In this document: one piece after another, positions 34,490 to 44,821 of the stretch | Layout of the letters: the number at the start of each line of letters is the position of its first letter | How positions within the stretch are numbered: the first letter of the stretch is position 1 | Source of the DNA: a virus | Reading direction: 5' to 3' (one strand) | DNA length: 64,000 bases | IMG/VR virus record: IMGVR_UViG_3300044712_002679 | Coordinates: 180,406 to 244,405 of that record | Program-made: the position numbers and the translations under genes | Notes under the pieces: generated by a model | Told to the model about the DNA's origin: nothing | Seen by the model: the letters and a program-made list of their open reading frames with translations, nothing else | The model's database searches: none

Positions 34490-35694
34490 AATATATTATA
34501 TTTTTTTGCTTTGGTTTTTATTTCATATTGTTTTCTATCTTCAGATGTTATTATTAAATTTCCCATATTAGTCCATTCTGGATTATTTATAATTGAATCG
34601 TGTGCAAATCTCCAATTCCACCCCACCAATGAATTAAATCCAAAATTTGTTATTAATATTTCATCATTTAAATTCATATGATTGTCGATCCCAGATTGTT
34701 TCATTGTCATTCGTCGTTGATTTGGTATATTTAATTTATCCATTGCAACATCAAAATCAGAGTATAATATTTTCCAATATTTTTTTGTGTTAATGTTGGT
34801 TTCGTTACTTTCAAATTTTTTGGTTTCATATTTTTCTTTCAATTTTATAAATAAGTCATACATTCTCTTATCGTAATGTTTTTTAAATCTTGTTGTTTTT
34901 CCATAAAAATCGAAATTTCTTAATGATAACATTGTAAAAAATTCTTTAAATGTATTAAACGAATTTATTTGATTCCATTTAATATCACCATTTTTTAATT
35001 TTATTATTAATTTATCAACTGCTGCCAAAAAAAATGCATTATATTCTGTTGTTAAATTTGCATAAACTTTATCATATTCATCTATAAAATTTGGATCCAA
35101 TTTGGCATTATATTCAGGATCATTAGCCAATCCAGCATCACAAATATCATATAGTTTTGATTTACTACAAGCTTTTATTAATTCTTTAAATAAATCGAAT
35201 TTCATATCATCTGTGGCATGAATTAATTCGTGAAATATTATCTGTTTTTCTTTATTTTCTAATTTATATCTTGCAATATCTTTTTTAATTTTTTGCAATT
35301 CTTGATTGTTGTTACTTGTAAATATTTTTCTGATTAATTCATAAAATTTATCTAAAGGTATAGTTAATATATATTTATTGCCATTTTTTTCATATGATCC
35401 AGCGATTTTATCCGCTTTACCTTTAACATTACTATCATATTTTTTTATTTTGATAATAAATTTGAAATTTTTAAGGGGAATTTCAAGTGTTTTTGGATAA
35501 AATTCAAAATTTTCATATGTTGTTGAAAAAATATAATCAATATAATGATTTTTGTTGGTTAATATATTATCAGCAATTGTTACAAAATGATTTCGAATAA
35601 GAATCATAATATCGTTCATCATATCACGAATTTCTTCTCTTTTTTCTAAATCTTTACGTTCTATTATAAATTTATATTTCTTTAAATATTTCAT
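34486..35694 (-). CDS. Cassette-array member 5: HExxH zincin-like metallopeptidase candidate (MKYLKKYKFIIER ... KAKKYNIL)
   Basis: 402 aa with IFHELIHATDD. ATGA overlap with both neighbours. Confidence 0.55.
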   Translation of the reverse strand: MKYLKKYKFIIERKDLEKREEIRDMMNDIMILIRNHFVTIADNILTNKNHYIDYIFSTTYENFEFYPKTLEIPLKNFKFIIKIKKYDSNVKGKADKIAGSYEKNGNKYILTIPLDKFYELIRKIFTSNNNQELQKIKKDIARYKLENKEKQIIFHELIHATDDMKFDLFKELIKACSKSKLYDICDAGLANDPEYNAKLDPNFIDEYDKVYANLTTEYNAFFLAAVDKLIIKLKNGDIKWNQINSFNTFKEFFTMLSLRNFDFYGKTTRFKKHYDKRMYDLFIKLKEKYETKKFESNETNINTKKYWKILYSDFDVAMDKLNIPNQRRMTMKQSGIDNHMNLNDEILITNFGFNSLVGWNWRFAHDSIINNPEWTNMGNLIITSEDRKQYEIKTKAKKYNIL

Positions 35695-35996
35695 AGAATA
35701 TTATATTTTTTTCCTTTTTTGATTATTGCTTTATTTTTTATATAATCAAAATATTCATCAGGTGACATCCATTTTGGTGCATAATTTTTTTCACTACAAT
35801 CATCGCATACCCATTCAGGTGGTTGCATACCACCTCTTGCTGTTGGTGTTAATTTATAACTATCACAGTTAGAACAAATATAAAATCTATCACCAAACCC
35901 ATTATCATATAAATAATCATTAAAATTATTTTTAGGTTGATCTTGTTTGGTTAAATAATTACCTTTATGTTTTTCAAAATTTTTTAAATATTTCAT
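35691..35996 (-). CDS. Cassette-array member 4: Zn-ribbon protein (MKYLKNFEKH ... KKGKKYNIL)
   Basis: 101 aa with CSNCDS...CDDCSEK. Confidence 0.5.
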   Translation of the reverse strand: MKYLKNFEKHKGNYLTKQDQPKNNFNDYLYDNGFGDRFYICSNCDSYKLTPTARGGMQPPEWVCDDCSEKNYAPKWMSPDEYFDYIKNKAIIKKGKKYNIL

Positions 35997-36576
35997 AGAA
36001 TATTATATTTTTTTCCTTTTTTCCAAATGTTATATTTTTCAATATCTTTTGGTGTGATTTCAATTTCACCCATATATGTATATTTTTGTGATGATAAAAA
36101 ATCTTCATCAGTAGTATATCCCCAAGGATTATATTATCGAAATCCGTATTTTCTTTTCTAATCTTTCTAATATTTGAAAATTCGTGTGACCAATTACCAG
36201 ATAATAATTCATAAGATTTACATCCTCTAGTATAAATCATCTTTGTTATTTCATCTAATGTTGCTTTAATTCTATCATTTCTTTGCCATTTAGTATTTCC
36301 GAAATCATCATCTAATATTTGTATATATGTTTCAATATAATAATCATTATTATATGAAAAAACAATAAATATTCTATTCTTACCAACCGAAATTATTAAT
36401 GTGTTTTTATTTTTCTTTATTGTTAAAATAAAGTCTTTTTTATATTTTATTTGTTGCCATTGTGCATTACCTGAAATTGAATAATCTCGTTGGACTTGTT
36501 TCATAACAACGAATGGTACACTTAAATTGATAAGTGATGTTTTTTCAAATAATTTATATGTTTTCAAAAATTTCAT
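35974..36576 (-). CDS. Cassette-array member 3 (MKFLKTYKLFEK...). The C-terminus is frame-shifted relative to family members at a poly-A tract
   Basis: 200 aa. Ends ...FGKKEKNIIFYEIFKKF instead of ...KKYNIL, and reads 23 nt into the next gene. Confidence 0.5.
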   Translation of the reverse strand: MKFLKTYKLFEKTSLINLSVPFVVMKQVQRDYSISGNAQWQQIKYKKDFILTIKKNKNTLIISVGKNRIFIVFSYNNDYYIETYIQILDDDFGNTKWQRNDRIKATLDEITKMIYTRGCKSYELLSGNWSHEFSNIRKIRKENTDFDNIILGDILLMKIFYHHKNIHIWVKLKSHQKILKNITFGKKEKNIIFYEIFKKF

Positions 36577-36974
36577 AATATGTTATATTTAGTTGCTTTT
36601 TTGTTGATTAAAAATTTTTCATATTCATCTTCTGATAAATGTTTTTTTAGATAATTATCTAATTCTATTTCATTTGGTTTTTCTAACTTTCTTTTTGGAA
36701 GTATTGCTTCATATTTTTCGACACCCCTTAATATATGATTTGGAAATAGTCTTGGTACATTTTCAAAAAATTGAACCGTAAATTTATAATCATCATAATT
36801 TTTATTATTTATATCAATTATTTTTCCAAATACACCCTTTTTGCAAAATTCAATAGTTGGTGGATCCAAAAGTTCATTATAATTAATTTTAATATAATCA
36901 CCAATGTTAAAATCGTCTTCATCTTTATCGTTATCGTATTTTTCAAATAATTTATATGTTTTCAAAAATTTCAT
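36573..36974 (-). CDS. Cassette-array member 2 (MKFLKTYKLFEKYDND ... KKATKYNIL)
   Basis: 133 aa. Confidence 0.5.
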   Translation of the reverse strand: MKFLKTYKLFEKYDNDKDEDDFNIGDYIKINYNELLDPPTIEFCKKGVFGKIIDINNKNYDDYKFTVQFFENVPRLFPNHILRGVEKYEAILPKRKLEKPNEIELDNYLKKHLSEDEYEKFLINKKATKYNIL

Positions 36975-37318
36975 AATATATTATATTTAGCTGCTTTTTT
37001 GTTGATTAAAAATTTTTTATATTCTTCTTTAGATAAATGTTTTTTTAAATAATAATCTAATTCTATTTCATTTGGGGGTTCTAATTCATCTAAATTTACA
37101 CTAAAAATATATGAACCATTACCTAATGGGACTTTTTTAAAAAATTTAATATCATATGGATATTCTGTTCCAACTTTTATATCTTCTATTTTACCTATTT
37201 CAGATTTAAAAAAAATAAGATGGGATTGATCAAAATAATCTCCAACAATTTTAACATAGTCACCCACATTAAATTCTTGATTATTTTCAAATAATTTATA
37301 TGTTTTCAAAAATTTCAT
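36971..37318 (-). CDS. Cassette-array member 1 (MKFLKTYKLFENNQEF ... KKAAKYNIL)
   Basis: 115 aa. Its C-terminal 40 aa are nearly identical to member 2. Confidence 0.5.
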   Translation of the reverse strand: MKFLKTYKLFENNQEFNVGDYVKIVGDYFDQSHLIFFKSEIGKIEDIKVGTEYPYDIKFFKKVPLGNGSYIFSVNLDELEPPNEIELDYYLKKHLSKEEYKKFLINKKAAKYNIL

Positions 37319-37442
37319 ATTTTATAATTTATATATATAAAAAAAGAAATTTTTTTTTAAGAAAAAACAGTTTTAAATATTAATATATAAAAAAGTAAAA
37401 TTTTATTTTAATATATAAACATAAAAAATAAATAAATTAATC

Positions 37443-37700
37443 ATGAGAAGAAAACAAAACATACAAGATGCTTTCCATAGTGTTATTCCAGTTGGTACTG
37501 CTGGTCCATGGAGTGTAGGATATTCAGGACATACTGATGATTCAGCAGATTTTGCTGCACCTGATTTTATAATTACAGGCATTAGGAATATTACCGATCA
37601 ACATGTACCAGGAACATCAGATCATATTATGAATGATGTTTATATTGATTATTCTGGTTCAACAATATCTGGAACAACTAGTATATATTCATATATTTAA
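37443..37700 (+). CDS. Small hypothetical protein
   Basis: 85 aa. Confidence 0.3.
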   Translation: MRRKQNIQDAFHSVIPVGTAGPWSVGYSGHTDDSADFAAPDFIITGIRNITDQHVPGTSDHIMNDVYIDYSGSTISGTTSIYSYI

Positions 37701-37762
37701 TATTCTATATTTATTTGTTGATAATTGGTAGTATTTTCTATTGATTATTATATTATGTTAGA

Positions 37763-37793
37763 AAAAAAAGATCATTTATTGATCTTTTTTTGT
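37763..37793. terminator. Rho-independent terminator-like hairpin
   Basis: aaaaaaaagatcatttattgatctttttttg. Confidence 0.55.
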
Positions 37794-37850
37794 TTTTAAT
37801 AGTCTTTTGACTTTACTTTCACTATATATAAATAAAAAATATTTTTCCAA

Positions 37851-40800
37851 ATGTTATGGACAATATTACTGATTAAAAAAAATAATAATGGTTGGTATAT
37901 TAACTACATTGAAAACAAGTTAATTAATCAAATAAACAAATTGAAATTAGAAAAGTTTGTTGAAGTTCTTGTATTTGAACCCAATTTACAAATTTTTGCT
38001 AATTATATAAGTGTTGTAGATAAAGTTGAAATATCTGATAATTTTGTGGAAATAATTTACAATAAATTAAAAAATTGTAAAAAAGATTGCATTAGATTAA
38101 CCGCCATAAGTTATATGGATAATGTTCCAATAGAAATAGTCTTACCAATATCAAAATTAAATCCAATAAAAATAGATAATATATTCGAATTACAAGACAT
38201 TAATTATTATATTAATAGTGAAAATCTTTCAAGTATAGTTAAAACGATAGACACAATAAACATTCCAGTTATTTATTATGAAGATTTGAATAAAATACCA
38301 TTCAGTATCATTATATCAGCATATAAATCACAAAAATATATTGAAGAATGTTTAGATTCAATTGAAAATCAAACATACTTTAAAGATAATGATAATTATG
38401 AAATATTAGTTGGTGTTGATGGTTGCCAGGACACCTTAGATAAATTACAAGAAATCAAGGATAAATACAGAAATCTTCATATTTATATGATGACTGAAAA
38501 TAAAGGCACATATATCTGTTGTAATACATTGATTGATTTAGTGAAAAATGAAAATGTTATTAGGTTTGATTCTGATGATGTTATGACACCTAATTTTATT
38601 AGAGAAGTTGTTAGAAATATTAATGATAACGATATTATGATATTGGGTTCATTGGATTTGACAAATGGTATTGTTGGCACAAAATTTTTATTAACGGAAG
38701 GAATCATTTATTTTAGAAAAAGTGTAATGGATAATATTGCTGGGGGATATCAACCTTGGATATGTTCGGCTGACACAGAATTAATCAAAAGATTAATGAA
38801 TAAAGTAAAAATTATGCAATTAAAAAAAGCATTATTTCACAGAAGATTGCATAGTGAAAGTTTAACACAGAAAGATGGTACACGATATAGATCAGAACTC
38901 AGGGAAGGTTATAAAAAATTGATTAAACCATATTATAAAGATAATGAAATTAAAATTGAACGGGTTGTTAATATAATATTAGAAGAAGAAAAATTAGAAG
39001 AAAAATTAGAAGAAAAATTAGAAGAAAAATTAGAAGAAAAATTAGATATAATTTTAGAAAATAACATTCCAAAGATTCCAAAAAAGATGTTTTTTTATTG
39101 GAGTGGTGGCAAATTATCATGGATGAGATATATGACAATATATTCATTTAGAAAATTTAATCCTGATTGGGAAATAACATTATGTTTATCTAATAACAAA
39201 AGTACTTATAATAATTGGAAACATAATAAACAAGATTTTATTGAATATAATGGTGATGATTATTTTAAAAAATTAAAAAAATTAAATATCAATATTAAAG
39301 ATGTCAAATTTTCAGATGAATTATCAAATAATTCATGTTTTAAAAAATTATCACCTATTCACGAAAGTGATTTATATAGATATTATGAACTGTATAAATC
39401 TGGTGGATTTTATTGTGATAGTGATGTTATATTTTTTAGGTCTATTGATAAATTTTACAATGAAATTATTTCTGGTCAATATGATACTGTTGTTCACGAA
39501 TATTATAATTCTGAATCAGACAAATATCAAACAATAGGGTTTTTGGGTTCTTCTATAAATAACCAATATTATAAAGATTTATTTAATTATGCGGTCCATC
39601 ATATTTTAAAAAACAACATATCCAATGATGATTATCAATCATTGGGTGTCAATTTAATTTATAATTATTTTAATAAATTACCAAAATTATTACCAAATAT
39701 TAAAGAAAAATATAAAGATTTAAAATTTATGAATATACCAAACAATTTAATATACAAATATGATTGGAAGTGTATAGAAAATTGTTTTGAAATTGGTAAA
39801 ACAATAAACGATTTTGATATATATTCTATTGGTTATCATTGGTATGGTGGACATAAAATATCACAAAAATATAATAATATTTTAAATGAAAAAAATTATA
39901 AAAAATATAATACGACAATAAGTAATATTGCTAAATTCATTTATGATAAAAAAGAAAAAATATTACCAACAATTTCTATTATTATGACTTATTATAATAG
40001 AAAAACATTATTATACAATACGTTAAAAAGTATAAATACATCATCTGTAAAAAATATAGAAGTTATTGTTGTTGATGATGGTAGTTCGGAAGATCAAAGA
40101 ATAGAAGAATATAAAAATGAATTTTCATTTTTAAAAATAATTAGATTAAATCCTGAAAATAAATGGTATCTTAATCCATGTATACCATTTAATATTGGAA
40201 TAAGATATGCAAGTTCGGATAAAATAATATTACAGAATTCGGAATGTGTATATGTTGATGATATATTAAAATATGTTAATGATAATTTAGATGATTTTAA
40301 ATATATATCATTTTCAACATATTCTATTGATGAAGAATCCAATAATTTAATATCTAAAAATTTAAAAAATGACACATTAAAAGAATTTCTTAAAAAATTT
40401 CCACAACAAACAATAATGGGCAATAGACCAATTGGGTGGTATAATCATTCACAATATAGATCGACATATTATCATTTTTGTGCTGCAATAACTAAGAAAA
40501 ATTTAGATTTAATTGGTGGTTTTGATGAAAGATATGCTAATGGCATTGGATTTGATGATGATGATTTTATAGAAAAAATAAAAAATTTGAATTTAAATAT
40601 GTTGATAGTGGATAATTATTCTGTTATCCATCAGTGGCATGATAGTTATTATTATAATATTCCAAATTTTATGAATTATCATAATAAAAATAAAAATATA
40701 TTTAATTCAATATATAAAAATAAGAAAATATCAGTAGCAATATGCTATTATAATCGTAAGCAACATTTAATTAATACATTAATGAGTATGACTAAAAGTT

Positions 40801-43109
40801 TATATAAAAATTTTGAAGTTATCGTTGTTGATGATTGTAGTGATGATGAACATAGAATCGAATATTTAGAAGAAAAATTTAATTTTTTGAAAGTTGTTCG
40901 TATAAATAAACAAGAAAAAAAACATATTAATCCTTGTTATCCACTTAATTTAGCAATAAGTAAAACTGTTGGTGATATAATCATATTACAAAATCCAGAA
41001 TGTTATCATTATGATGATATATTTTCACAAGTTATAAATAAAATCGAAAAAAATAAATATTTAGCTTTCTCAACAGTAAATATTGATATTGTTGATAACC
41101 TATCTAAAATAAATTATAATAATTATGAATCTGAAATAAAAAATGTAATAAATATTGATATAAATGAACCTAATGATTCTAAAAAGTTTTGGTACTGTCA
41201 TGAAAAATTTAGACCAGAAGCATATAATTTTTGTACAGCAATAACAAAAAATGATTTAATTCAATTAAATGGATTTGATGAAAGATATGCAGATGGTATA
41301 GAAAGAGATGATGTTGAATTTTTAACAAGAATAAAAAGGATGTTAATGACTATATCATTTGAACCATCTATTGTAATACACCAAAGTCATACACAATTTT
41401 ATTATAATGATAAAAAAACAAAAGAATTAAAACAAAAAAATCATGAATTATTTGCAAAAACGACAGCTATTGAAAAAAACATAAAAGTAAATACAAATAA
41501 AAATATTATAAATATGACAAGCAAAAAAATTGGAATTTTAGTAGTAAATTTAAATAATTTAGATTTTACAAAAAAATGTATAAATGATTTAAAAAAACAA
41601 ACAAATCAAAATTTTATAATTTATTTAGTTGATCAAAATTCTGATGAAATAGGTACAATTGAATATCTAAATGAATGTAAAAATGATTATAACATAAAGA
41701 TAATTCAAAATAATGATAATATACCACTCAATTATATTTGGAATAATTTTAAAAATATTTGTAATTGTGAATATTTATGTTTTTTAAATAATGATGTTGA
41801 ATTATCTAATATGTATGTCGATGATACAATTAAAGTATTAGATAAAGAATCATCAGTAGGTATTGTTTTACATATTACTAACAATCCAGAATATATTAAA
41901 TCTAGTATACATTTAAAATATGATATTTTTGATGAACCATTACGTCAAGGTTGGGATTTCACTATTAGACGACATATAATGCCAAATATACCATTAGGTT
42001 TAAAACTTTTTTATGGTGATGATTATATATTTTCAAAAGTTAATTCATTAGGTTATAAATATGCTGTTGTATATAGTTCACCAATAATTCACTATTTGAG
42101 TCAAACTTGTAAAAAATTAAAAAATCTCGATAATTATGCGGATGAAGATGAGATAGTATTTCAAAAAATAATGAATGATGAAAAACTAAAACCGATTTTA
42201 TATTCATCTTGTGGAAAAATTGAAAATAGACAAATTATAGGATCAGGATTATGTAAACTAAAACCAAATAAAAATATGATGGTAATTGATGAAATTAAAA
42301 AAATATTAGTAGTAATTGTAAATTATAATTCAGATCAACTTAATCACTTAAATGCAGTAATTGATGAATTTAATAAATTTGATAAAAATAAATATAAAAT
42401 TGATATTTTTGTACATAGTAATATATCAATTAATAGAAATGATGTAACTACAATAATACATAATATGCCAGAAAAAGGTTGGAATTGGCTTCCTTGGGAA
42501 TGTCGAAAAACAATTTATAAAAATAAAGATTATTATGATTTATATTTATATACAGAAAATGACCATCTATATAAAGAATCACATATAGATTCATTTTTTA
42601 AAATAACAAATATTTTACCAGAAAATTTAATTGCTGGATTTATTCAATATGAAGATTTTCCAGATAAGAATAAAGATAAATTTTATCCAGCTTATCATGC
42701 AAATTATGATTGGGATTTTGATTCTATACAAATAATTGATAATTATATTGTAGCAAAATTTAAAAATCAACATCATGCTGGTTTTTTATTAACTAATAAT
42801 CAATTAAATAAAGTTATAAATGTAATGAAAGATGATTTCTTAATTGATATGGATCGTGGAAAATATATTGATGAATTACCTGGATATGATTCACCAAAAG
42901 TTAGATGTTGTACTGATGTTTATACACATTGTGGTATGAATAAAGTTATACCAATATCACATTTTAATGATTTCTTAATCCACCATTTACCTAATAAATA
43001 TATAAATTTAAATTGTATTAATGGTCATTGGATTTCAATAGAAAATAAAGAAAATCCAAATTATGATAAAATGTCAGATGCAATTAAAAAAATGTTAAAA
43101 ATTAAATGA
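37851..43109 (+). CDS. Giant multi-domain glycosyltransferase (1752 aa): GT2, GT32-like (Och1/DXD), then GT2 x3, plus a C-terminal domain
   Basis: FSIIISAYKSQKYIEECLDSIENQ...VGVDGC. IPKKMFFYWSGGKLSW...YCDSDVIFF. ISIIMTYYNRKT...VIVVDDGS. ISVAICYYNRKQ...VIVVDDCSDD. IGILVVNLNNLDF...IIYLVDQNSDE. Also an (EEKL)x5 linker. Confidence 0.75.
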   Translation: MLWTILLIKKNNNGWYINYIENKLINQINKLKLEKFVEVLVFEPNLQIFANYISVVDKVEISDNFVEIIYNKLKNCKKDCIRLTAISYMDNVPIEIVLPISKLNPIKIDNIFELQDINYYINSENLSSIVKTIDTINIPVIYYEDLNKIPFSIIISAYKSQKYIEECLDSIENQTYFKDNDNYEILVGVDGCQDTLDKLQEIKDKYRNLHIYMMTENKGTYICCNTLIDLVKNENVIRFDSDDVMTPNFIREVVRNINDNDIMILGSLDLTNGIVGTKFLLTEGIIYFRKSVMDNIAGGYQPWICSADTELIKRLMNKVKIMQLKKALFHRRLHSESLTQKDGTRYRSELREGYKKLIKPYYKDNEIKIERVVNIILEEEKLEEKLEEKLEEKLEEKLDIILENNIPKIPKKMFFYWSGGKLSWMRYMTIYSFRKFNPDWEITLCLSNNKSTYNNWKHNKQDFIEYNGDDYFKKLKKLNINIKDVKFSDELSNNSCFKKLSPIHESDLYRYYELYKSGGFYCDSDVIFFRSIDKFYNEIISGQYDTVVHEYYNSESDKYQTIGFLGSSINNQYYKDLFNYAVHHILKNNISNDDYQSLGVNLIYNYFNKLPKLLPNIKEKYKDLKFMNIPNNLIYKYDWKCIENCFEIGKTINDFDIYSIGYHWYGGHKISQKYNNILNEKNYKKYNTTISNIAKFIYDKKEKILPTISIIMTYYNRKTLLYNTLKSINTSSVKNIEVIVVDDGSSEDQRIEEYKNEFSFLKIIRLNPENKWYLNPCIPFNIGIRYASSDKIILQNSECVYVDDILKYVNDNLDDFKYISFSTYSIDEESNNLISKNLKNDTLKEFLKKFPQQTIMGNRPIGWYNHSQYRSTYYHFCAAITKKNLDLIGGFDERYANGIGFDDDDFIEKIKNLNLNMLIVDNYSVIHQWHDSYYYNIPNFMNYHNKNKNIFNSIYKNKKISVAICYYNRKQHLINTLMSMTKSLYKNFEVIVVDDCSDDEHRIEYLEEKFNFLKVVRINKQEKKHINPCYPLNLAISKTVGDIIILQNPECYHYDDIFSQVINKIEKNKYLAFSTVNIDIVDNLSKINYNNYESEIKNVINIDINEPNDSKKFWYCHEKFRPEAYNFCTAITKNDLIQLNGFDERYADGIERDDVEFLTRIKRMLMTISFEPSIVIHQSHTQFYYNDKKTKELKQKNHELFAKTTAIEKNIKVNTNKNIINMTSKKIGILVVNLNNLDFTKKCINDLKKQTNQNFIIYLVDQNSDEIGTIEYLNECKNDYNIKIIQNNDNIPLNYIWNNFKNICNCEYLCFLNNDVELSNMYVDDTIKVLDKESSVGIVLHITNNPEYIKSSIHLKYDIFDEPLRQGWDFTIRRHIMPNIPLGLKLFYGDDYIFSKVNSLGYKYAVVYSSPIIHYLSQTCKKLKNLDNYADEDEIVFQKIMNDEKLKPILYSSCGKIENRQIIGSGLCKLKPNKNMMVIDEIKKILVVIVNYNSDQLNHLNAVIDEFNKFDKNKYKIDIFVHSNISINRNDVTTIIHNMPEKGWNWLPWECRKTIYKNKDYYDLYLYTENDHLYKESHIDSFFKITNILPENLIAGFIQYEDFPDKNKDKFYPAYHANYDWDFDSIQIIDNYIVAKFKNQHHAGFLLTNNQLNKVINVMKDDFLIDMDRGKYIDELPGYDSPKVRCCTDVYTHCGMNKVIPISHFNDFLIHHLPNKYINLNCINGHWISIENKENPNYDKMSDAIKKMLKIK
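38984..39049. repeat. 12-nt tandem repeat x5 (gaagaaaaatta), encoding (EEKL)5
   Basis: Direct reading. Confidence 0.8.
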
Positions 43110-44167
43110 AAATATTAACAATAGTTGGAACTAGACCCGAATTAATTAGATTGAGTGTTATAATTGAAAAATTAGATCAATTAGTTGAACACATTTTGGT
43201 ATATACAAATCAAAATTATGATTATAATTTGAGTGGTAGATTTTTTGATGATTTAAAAATAAGAAAGCCTAATTATTATTTTTCAAAAGAAGCTAAAACA
43301 TTTCCAGATTTTTTAAGTAATGCTATATTAGAATTTGAAAAAATTTTAAATGATGAAAAACCAAATAAAATACTTATTCTTGGTGATACAAATTCAGGTT
43401 TATTATCAATAATTGCTGAACGATATAAAATTCCAATATATCATATGGAAGCAGGAAATCGGTGTTATGACAGTAGGTTACCAGAAGAAGCAAATAGAAA
43501 AATTATTGATAGTGTTTCTACATACAATTTACCATATACAGAAAATAGTAAACAAAATTTATTATCAGAGGGTTATCATAAAAATTATGTATTTAAAACT
43601 GGAAATCCAATTTATGAAGTATTAAATAAATTTATTATTGAAATACATAATAGTAAAATACTATCAGAATTAAATCTTGAAAAATATGTTTTAGTCACTG
43701 TACATAGAACCGAAAATGTTGATAATGAGGATTCGTTACGAAGCATAATTTATGCTATAAATACTATTTCCGAACAGTTCACAGTTGTACTTTCTCTACA
43801 TCCACGAACAAAAAATAAAATTGAAGAATTTGGCATTAATTTTAATAATAATGTAATTGTTTCTAATCCTTTTGGATTTTTTGATTTTATAAAATTAGAA
43901 AAAAATGCCAAATGTGTCATAAGTGATTCTGGAACAGTTCAGGAAGAGGTATGTATATTTGGTGTACCATCTTTAACAATTAGAGAAAGTACTGAAAGAC
44001 AAGAAACAATTGAATGTGGATCAAATATTCTATGTGGTACAAAAACACAAAATATAATAAATGCTTTTAATATTGCAATTAAGAGAAATAATAAATGGAA
44101 TGTTCCAGAAGAATATTTGAATAAAAATGTTTCAGATACAATAATTAATATATTATTAGGAAAATAA
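43106..44167 (+). CDS. UDP-N-acetylglucosamine (or UDP-L-RhaNAc) 2-epimerase, WecB/WbvD family
   Basis: MKILTIVGTRPELIRLSVII... matches the WecB N-terminus MKVLTVFGTRPEAIK. 353 aa. Confidence 0.75.
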   Translation: MKILTIVGTRPELIRLSVIIEKLDQLVEHILVYTNQNYDYNLSGRFFDDLKIRKPNYYFSKEAKTFPDFLSNAILEFEKILNDEKPNKILILGDTNSGLLSIIAERYKIPIYHMEAGNRCYDSRLPEEANRKIIDSVSTYNLPYTENSKQNLLSEGYHKNYVFKTGNPIYEVLNKFIIEIHNSKILSELNLEKYVLVTVHRTENVDNEDSLRSIIYAINTISEQFTVVLSLHPRTKNKIEEFGINFNNNVIVSNPFGFFDFIKLEKNAKCVISDSGTVQEEVCIFGVPSLTIRESTERQETIECGSNILCGTKTQNIINAFNIAIKRNNKWNVPEEYLNKNVSDTIINILLGK

Positions 44168-44176
44168 AAATAAAAT

Positions 44177-44821
44177 ATGAAAGAATTAAAAGAACAAATG
44201 ACAAATTTTTGGGAAGAACAGCATAAAAATGAATATAAGCCATGTTTAAGTGGAAGTGAATATGAACAAACAATTAATTGGTTAAAAATCAATGATATTA
44301 TAAAGCCAAATTTAAATATATTGGAAGTTGGTGTTGGATTGGGTTATGTTACAAAAAAACTTTTTGAAAATAAATTAAATGTGAGTTCAGTTGATATATC
44401 AGAAATTGGATTAGAACGAGTAAAACCATATTGTGAAAAAACATATAATATAAATAATATTTCTGAATTACCATCAAATTATTTTGATATTATAATATGC
44501 AATCTTGTTGTTCAGCATATTTCAACAGAAATTCTTATACAAGAATTAAAAGAATTTATGAGATCATTAAAAAAAGATGGAGTTTTTTCAATACAGTTTG
44601 TTTCATCTGATAATTTTGATGATAATGGAATTAACGCATCATTTGATGATTCACAAGCAGGAAGATTATGTCGAACACCAGAAGTCATGAAAACCATATT
44701 TAAAAAATTTGGTGGAAAATGCGAAATTGTAAATGAATCACCACTCACATCTGCTTGGTTAACACGAAGTTATGTTTTCCATGTAACAAAAATACAAAAT
44801 ACAATATATGCAAAATACTAA
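44177..44821 (+). CDS. Class I SAM-dependent methyltransferase
   Basis: Motif I ILEVGVGLGYVTKKL. Confidence 0.6.
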   Translation: MKELKEQMTNFWEEQHKNEYKPCLSGSEYEQTINWLKINDIIKPNLNILEVGVGLGYVTKKLFENKLNVSSVDISEIGLERVKPYCEKTYNINNISELPSNYFDIIICNLVVQHISTEILIQELKEFMRSLKKDGVFSIQFVSSDNFDDNGINASFDDSQAGRLCRTPEVMKTIFKKFGGKCEIVNESPLTSAWLTRSYVFHVTKIQNTIYAKY

